DNA of 19,784 nucleotides. Source: Vulcanimicrobiota bacterium. Its GTDB lineage: Bacteria > Vulcanimicrobiota > Vulcanimicrobiia > Eremiobacterales > Eremiobacteraceae. Below the pieces are notes generated by a model. It had not been told where the DNA came from. It saw nothing but the letters and a program-made list of their open reading frames with translations, and made no database searches. Shown one piece after another: positions 14,828 to 19,784 of the stretch (position 1 is the first letter of the stretch; each line of letters starts with the position of its first letter). A program made the position numbers and the translations under genes. The stretch covers positions 1 through 19,784 of the forward strand of contig CAWETU010000004.1 in NCBI GenBank assembly GCA_963812135.1, given 5' to 3'.

Positions 14828-15965
14828 CTAGCGCGGCCGCGAGCGGTCGCTCGCGGCGACACCCGAGCTGCGCTCGGGTGCTACATCATCGTCGAGGTCG
14901 GCGATCACGGCGTCGTGGACGCGCGCCCGCAGGTCCGCGATCGGTCCGGGTTCTCGGCTGACGTACACGCGGTTGGTCAGCAAGCGCGATCGTGAGCCCG
15001 CGCTGCGGATCGACGACGAGCGACGTGCCGGTGTATCCTGTGTGACCGTACGAATTGCGTGAGAGCCTCGCTCCCCAGGGCCGCGCGTCGCTCGACTTGA
15101 GCGCCCACGCGAGGCCGCGGCGCTCGTCCTGCGAATGCGCGTGCTCGCGGACCGCCATCTGCGCGGTCGGTCGCAACAACACACGGCGCCCTTCGAATTG
15201 CCCTGCATCGCGATAAAGCTCGCCCAAGCGAGCGACGTCCGAGGCGGTGCCGAACAGACCCGCGTGTCCTGCGATGCCGCCCATCGACCAGCACGTCTCA
15301 TCGTGCACTTCGCCGCGCAACAGTTTGCCGCGCCACTGGTCGCGCTCCGTGCAAACGATGCGCTGCGCGATCTCACCTTGCGGCAAGAACCCGCAACTCG
15401 AGACGCCGAGCGGATCGAAGACCGAACTTTGCAGCGCGATCGGCAATGGGACTCCGGCCAATCGCGCCACGGCCTCCCCGACGAGGATGAAACCGCAGTC
15501 GCTGTACACCACGCGCTCCCCCGGCACCCGCGCAAGCGGCGTGTCGCACACGCGGCGCACGACGCGGGCAGCGCCTAAGTCCGCACGCGCGTTGACGCTC
15601 GGCGGCAATCCTGACGTATGAGTGAGCAGGTGGCGGAACGTCACCTGCTTGCGGCGTGGATCGCGACCTGCGAACTCAGGGAATGTTTCGACGATCGGAT
15701 CGTCGAGCGCGAACGCCCGCCGGTCGAGCAGCGCGAGCAGCGCAGTGCCCACGGCGATCTTCGTCAGGGACGCGAGGTCGAAGACTGCGTCGGTGGTCGC
15801 CCTTGGCCCGTCCGGCGCGAGCTCGCCGAGCGCCGCCTCGTACACCACTGCGCCGCGCACGCGCACGTGCAGCACCGCACACGAGCAGACGCGTCCGAGC
15901 GCGTCCTCGAGCGCCGCGAGCGCGGTCGGAAGCGCGCGAGGCTCGCTGCCCGCCGGCCGTATCAC
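14828..15965 (-). pseudogene. Beta-lactamase-family serine hydrolase (AmiE/YfeW-like) with a 1-nt frameshift near 14982-14984; may be an intact gene with a sequencing error
   Basis: GTG15965 start in a GTGA overlap with the nagZ stop. Motifs FDLASLTK (SxxK), LLTHTSGL, YSD, GEVHD, GHAGLF and GHTGYTG are in one frame. The expected continuation LLTNRV...LRARVHDAV is in another frame and ends at TAG 14828-14830, abutting the anmK ATG. Confidence 0.82.
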
Positions 15966-17530
15966 GACGTGCCCGCGACCTGTGGACTTGCGCCCAGCAC
16001 CACCGGCATCCGCCCGAGTGCCTGCGCGGTTCCGAGCAGCACGGCACCCGCAGCGGCCAGTTCGGCGTCGCCGTCGCCGAAGGACGCGATGACCGCGACG
16101 CTGTCCGGCAAATGCGTCGCGTCGTACGGCTCCAGCGCCGCGATCGCGACGATCGGTTTGCCGTACAGCGCGAGATCCGCGACCGCTTGCGCTTGCAATC
16201 GGTGAACGAAAGCCCGTCGCGTCACCGCGACGAATGCATCGGCCGTGCCGGCCGCCATCAGAAGCTGTTTGTACTCGTGACCCGCAGGCTCGAGATCGCG
16301 CAGCTGCTCGCTCACGTGCAGACCGGCGGCGGCCAGCATTTTGCCAAGCACGCTTTCCACTCTCGCGCCCGTCGACTTCGCGGGACCGCCCTCGATGAAA
16401 TTGACGACGAACACGCGCGCACCGCTCGGGAGCGAGAGCGGCGGTATACCGGCGCCGGTGCGCACGACGCACACCGAACGTTGCGCGACGTCACGTACGA
16501 GCTCCGCCGAATCGATGGGCGGCGCGTCCTCGTCGGGCACGCGTTGCGCGGTCCGCCAACGCAGCGTCTCGACGCGCGCGAGACTCGCCGCAACGCGGTC
16601 GGGCTTGAGGCGGCCGTCGCGCACGGCAGCGCGCAACGCCTCCAAGCCTTCGCGAGCCGCGTCGAGTTCTGAAAACACGAGCAGGTCTGCGCCCGCGTCG
16701 ATCGCCAGCACCGACGCTTGCGCGATCGATGAGCGCGAGGTGATGCCGGCCATCACCATGTCGTCCGTGCACACAACTCCATTGAAACCGAGCTCATCCC
16801 GCAACACGGCTTGCAGCAACGCCTTGGACAGCGTGGCGGGGGCGCCGCTTGGATCCAGGGCCGGCGCTGATACATGACCGGTCATGATAAGATCGACGCG
16901 GGCATCGATCGCAGCGCGAAACGGCGCCAGCTCGACCCGGCGCAGATGCGCGGCGTCGCGTGTCGTGGCGACAGGCGCGAGGTGCGAATCGGCGGACGTG
17001 TCGCCGTGACCTGGAAAATGCTTCGCTGCCGAGGCGATGCCGGCCGCGTGCAGGCCGTCGATCGCGGCGGCGACGTGCGCGCTGACCCGGGCGGGATCGT
17101 CGCCGAACGAGCGCAGACCGATGACGGGATTTTCAGGATTGGTGTTCACGTCCGCGACGGGCGCGAAGTCGAGATTGATGCCCAACGCGCGCAGATCGCC
17201 GCCCATCATCCTATAGACCGCGCGCGTCAGCTCAGGCTGCCATGCAGCGCCAAGCGCCATCGCCGAGGGAGCGGGCGCTCCCAATGACCCTAGTCGTTCG
17301 ACGGTGCCGCCTTCCTGGTCGGCAGCGACGAGCAGCGGCGGCCGATGTGGCGGACGGGCCGCTTGGAGATCGTCGATGAGCTCACGCGTTTGCTGCGGTG
17401 TGGCAATATTACGGCGAAAGAGGACGGCTCCGGCCGTTCCCGCAATGAACTGCGCAATCTCTTGAGGCGCGTCGATCCCGGGCAAGCCCGCCAGGATGAG
17501 ACCGCCGATCCGGCCCGCGAGCTCTTCCAC
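15962..17530 (-). CDS. nagZ: GH3 beta-N-acetylglucosaminidase, two-domain, no signal peptide (522 aa)
   Basis: Has DQEGG, DFAPVADV, RSFG, the NagZ signature KHFPGHGDTSADSH (Asp-His dyad) and nucleophile region TDDMVM. An SD (GAGGAGG) lies 10 nt before the GTG. Confidence 0.93.
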   Translation of the reverse strand: MEELAGRIGGLILAGLPGIDAPQEIAQFIAGTAGAVLFRRNIATPQQTRELIDDLQAARPPHRPPLLVAADQEGGTVERLGSLGAPAPSAMALGAAWQPELTRAVYRMMGGDLRALGINLDFAPVADVNTNPENPVIGLRSFGDDPARVSAHVAAAIDGLHAAGIASAAKHFPGHGDTSADSHLAPVATTRDAAHLRRVELAPFRAAIDARVDLIMTGHVSAPALDPSGAPATLSKALLQAVLRDELGFNGVVCTDDMVMAGITSRSSIAQASVLAIDAGADLLVFSELDAAREGLEALRAAVRDGRLKPDRVAASLARVETLRWRTAQRVPDEDAPPIDSAELVRDVAQRSVCVVRTGAGIPPLSLPSGARVFVVNFIEGGPAKSTGARVESVLGKMLAAAGLHVSEQLRDLEPAGHEYKQLLMAAGTADAFVAVTRRAFVHRLQAQAVADLALYGKPIVAIAALEPYDATHLPDSVAVIASFGDGDAELAAAGAVLLGTAQALGRMPVVLGASPQVAGTS

Positions 17531-17599
17531 GTGCGGTGAGCCTCCTCGCGGACCCGTACAAGAGCGCGCGTCGTACCCCCTCTTCAGGAGATAGATCGC

Positions 17600-19784
17600 T
17601 TGAAACGTCTGACGTTTGTCCCCGCATGCATCGCAGTCGCCACAGTGTTGCTCGCGTCACTATCGCCGTGTGTGGCGGCTTCGGACGGTCGCATAAATTC
17701 GACCGCTACAGCTGTCGTGCGGGCGACGTTGTCCAACGGCTTGCGCGTCATCATCGTGCGCGATCCGCTCTCGCCCGCTGTCAACGCCCAAATGGTGTTT
17801 CTCGCCGGATCGGATGAAGCGCCGCCTGGCTTCCCTGGCATGGCGCACGCGCAAGAACACATGGCGTTCGGGCGCAGCATGCAAGGCCTCACCTCGAACC
17901 AGCTGGCCGACATCGGCACATTGATGGGTTCGGACAACAACGCGCAGACCGAGAACACGATCACGCGCTACTTCTACACCGTGCCCGCCAAAGATCTGCC
18001 GTACGCTCTTCACGTCTTCGCGATTCAGATGCACGGCGTGCTCGACTCGCAGGCCGAGTGGGTGCAAGAACGGGGCGCGATCGAGCAAGAAGTCGCCGCG
18101 GATCTTTCCAATCCGTTCTATCGCTTCTTCGCCGCCGCGTGGACGCACTTGTTCGCCGGCACGCCGTACGAGCACGACGCGCTTGGCACCCGGCCATCGT
18201 TCGACAAGACGACGGGCGCGATGCTCAAGAAGTTCTACGATGCGTGGTATCAGCCGAATAACGCGGTCTTATTGGTCACTGGCGACGTCGATCCGCAAGC
18301 GACCTTGAGCACCATCAAGACGATGTTCTCCTCAATTCCCCGACACCCGGTGCCGGCGCGCCCTTCAATCAAGCTGCGGCCGCTCAAGGCCGAAACGATC
18401 TCGCTCGACACCGATCAACCGTTTGCGGTCGCCTTCGTCGGCTATCGGCTGCCTGGCTACGACAGTCCCGACTACGCAGCGGCGACGATTCTCGGCGGCG
18501 TGCTCGCCAGCCAGCGCGGCGACGTGTACGCCCTCGGACCCGCGGGCAAGGCGCTGCAGGCCGGCTATTTCCCCGTGACCCAGCTCCCCAAGGCCGGCGC
18601 CGGCATTCTGTACGGCGCGCTGCCGCCCGGCGCGGACACAAAGGCAATGGCGAATACGCTCAAGAGCGTGATCGACAATTATAAGAAGAACGGCGTGCCG
18701 GCGGAGCTGGTCGATGCGATCAAACGCCAATCCGTCGCGCAGGCAGAGTTCGAGCGTAATTCCATCACAGGACTCGCCGACTCGTGGGTTGAGTCGGTCG
18801 CGGTCGAAGGCCGCTCGTCGCCCGACGATGACGTCAAAGCGCTGCAGAACGTGACCGTTGACGACGTCAACCGCGTGCTGCGCCGCTACTTCGACAACTC
18901 GACCGCGCTCGTCGGCATTCTCAACCCCAAACCCGCCGGGCAGCCAAGCAGCGCAAAGGGTTTCGGCGGCACAGAATCGTTCGCGCCGACTAACGCTGTG
19001 CAGACGACGCTGCCCACATGGGCACAAGGATTGCTCGCGTCGGTCTCGGTCCCGCCGTCGACGCTCAATCCCACAGCGGTGACGCTCTCGAACGGCATTC
19101 GTCTCATCGTGCAGCCCGAGTCGATCAGTCCGACCGTCACCCTGTTCGGCGAGGTCAAGAACAATTCTGATCTCGAGACGCCGGCCGGCAAAGACGGCGT
19201 CGACCAAGTGCTGAGCGGCCTCTTCGACTATGGCACGACCACCCTCGACCGCCTCGCATATCGCAAAGCGCTCGATGACATCGCCGCCAGCGCATCGCCC
19301 GGCACGGACTTCTCGCTGACGGTGTTGTCGTCTAAATTCGATCGCGGCGTCGAGCTGCTCGCTGACGGCGTGCTCCATCCAGCCCTGCCTGCGCCCGCGT
19401 TCGCGGTCGTGCAACAGCAGACCGCGGGGCTTGTCGGCGGCCAGCTCACGAGCCCTGACTATCTCACCGAACTCGCGTTGATCAACGCGCTGTACCCGGC
19501 CAACGATCCCGAGCTCCGACGTCCGACGCCTGCCACCATCAAGGCCCTGACGCTCGATGACGTCAAGGCGTACTATGCGACGGTCTTCAGACCGGACCTG
19601 ACGACAATCGTCGTCATCGGCAATGTGACACCGGACCAAGCCAAGGCTTCGATCGAAAAATGGTTCGGGCCGTGGACCGCCTCCGGTCCGGCGCCGCAGA
19701 CCGACTATCCGGCCGCGCCCGACAACTCGCCTTCTGCTGCCAACGTGCCGGCCACCGGCCGCGTCCAAGACTCGGTGACGCTAC
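17600..19784 (+). CDS. Secreted M16B (pitrilysin/PqqL-like) zinc peptidase, 3'-truncated by the window
   Basis: SD CAGGAG then TTG17600. It reads MKRLTFVPACIAVATVLLASLSPCVA (signal), ATLSNGLRV, inverted zinc motif HAQEH (17846-17860), ERGAIEQEV, WYQPNNA, a second TLSNGIRL repeat and FRPDLTTIVVIG. It is still in frame at the window end (VPATGRVQDSVTL). The ORF track omits it because no stop is reached. Confidence 0.93.
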   Translation, partial: MKRLTFVPACIAVATVLLASLSPCVAASDGRINSTATAVVRATLSNGLRVIIVRDPLSPAVNAQMVFLAGSDEAPPGFPGMAHAQEHMAFGRSMQGLTSNQLADIGTLMGSDNNAQTENTITRYFYTVPAKDLPYALHVFAIQMHGVLDSQAEWVQERGAIEQEVAADLSNPFYRFFAAAWTHLFAGTPYEHDALGTRPSFDKTTGAMLKKFYDAWYQPNNAVLLVTGDVDPQATLSTIKTMFSSIPRHPVPARPSIKLRPLKAETISLDTDQPFAVAFVGYRLPGYDSPDYAAATILGGVLASQRGDVYALGPAGKALQAGYFPVTQLPKAGAGILYGALPPGADTKAMANTLKSVIDNYKKNGVPAELVDAIKRQSVAQAEFERNSITGLADSWVESVAVEGRSSPDDDVKALQNVTVDDVNRVLRRYFDNSTALVGILNPKPAGQPSSAKGFGGTESFAPTNAVQTTLPTWAQGLLASVSVPPSTLNPTAVTLSNGIRLIVQPESISPTVTLFGEVKNNSDLETPAGKDGVDQVLSGLFDYGTTTLDRLAYRKALDDIAASASPGTDFSLTVLSSKFDRGVELLADGVLHPALPAPAFAVVQQQTAGLVGGQLTSPDYLTELALINALYPANDPELRRPTPATIKALTLDDVKAYYATVFRPDLTTIVVIGNVTPDQAKASIEKWFGPWTASGPAPQTDYPAAPDNSPSAANVPATGRVQDSVTL

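Noticed and set aside
14828..15965. Calling the serine hydrolase an antibiotic-resistance beta-lactamase
   Set aside because: It has no signal peptide, has YSD/HTG motifs, and sits in a cell-wall recycling operon, which fits AmiE/YfeW-like hydrolases.
4143..16472. Long N-terminal extensions of livF, livG, livM, murQ and the hydrolase in the ORF track, suggesting fusions
   Set aside because: Each extension overlaps the upstream gene out of frame. Coupled starts (TGATG, ATGA, GTGA) mark the real N-termini.
18365..19768. 467-aa - strand ORF
   Set aside because: Antisense shadow of the M16 peptidase, which carries the recognisable motifs on the + strand.
1..19784. CRISPR arrays, tandem repeats, IS/integrase/phage or defence genes
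   Set aside because: I saw no regularly spaced direct repeats, terminal inverted repeats or relevant protein motifs. Composition looks uniform and nearly all sequence is explained by metabolic genes.

Overview
A GC-rich, densely coding bacterial chromosomal segment. I saw no CRISPR array, tRNA/rRNA or mobile element. In order: (1) 1-2536 (+), the 3' end of a propionyl-CoA/methylmalonyl-CoA operon: the tail of a biotinyl-domain protein, a VOC/glyoxalase gene, a methylmalonyl-CoA mutase large subunit with no B12-binding domain, and methylmalonyl-CoA epimerase. (2) 2599-8920 (-), a Liv/HAAT-type ABC importer (Tat-like substrate-binding protein, LivH, LivM, LivG, LivF) followed by a DUF4127-like gene. 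That gene's signal peptide seems reachable only from a non-canonical ACG start inside livF. (3) 9068-11805, a secreted alpha/beta-hydrolase (-), a small secreted 6-Cys protein (+) and a signal-less BtuF/TroA-fold protein with a 4-Cys motif (+). (4) 11811-17530 (-), a tightly coupled, apparently cytoplasmic peptidoglycan amino-sugar recycling operon: nagZ, an AmiE/YfeW-like serine hydrolase with a 1-nt frameshift, anmK, a BadF/MurK-like kinase and murQ. (5) 17600 to the window end (+), a secreted M16B zinc peptidase that is absent from the ORF track. The most notable signals are the ACG start, an orphan sigma70-like promoter plus terminator between convergent genes (candidate ~45-nt RNA), the dual-kinase recycling operon with a divergent kinase motif, and the frameshift. 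All family calls come from recognising motifs by eye; no database searches were run.
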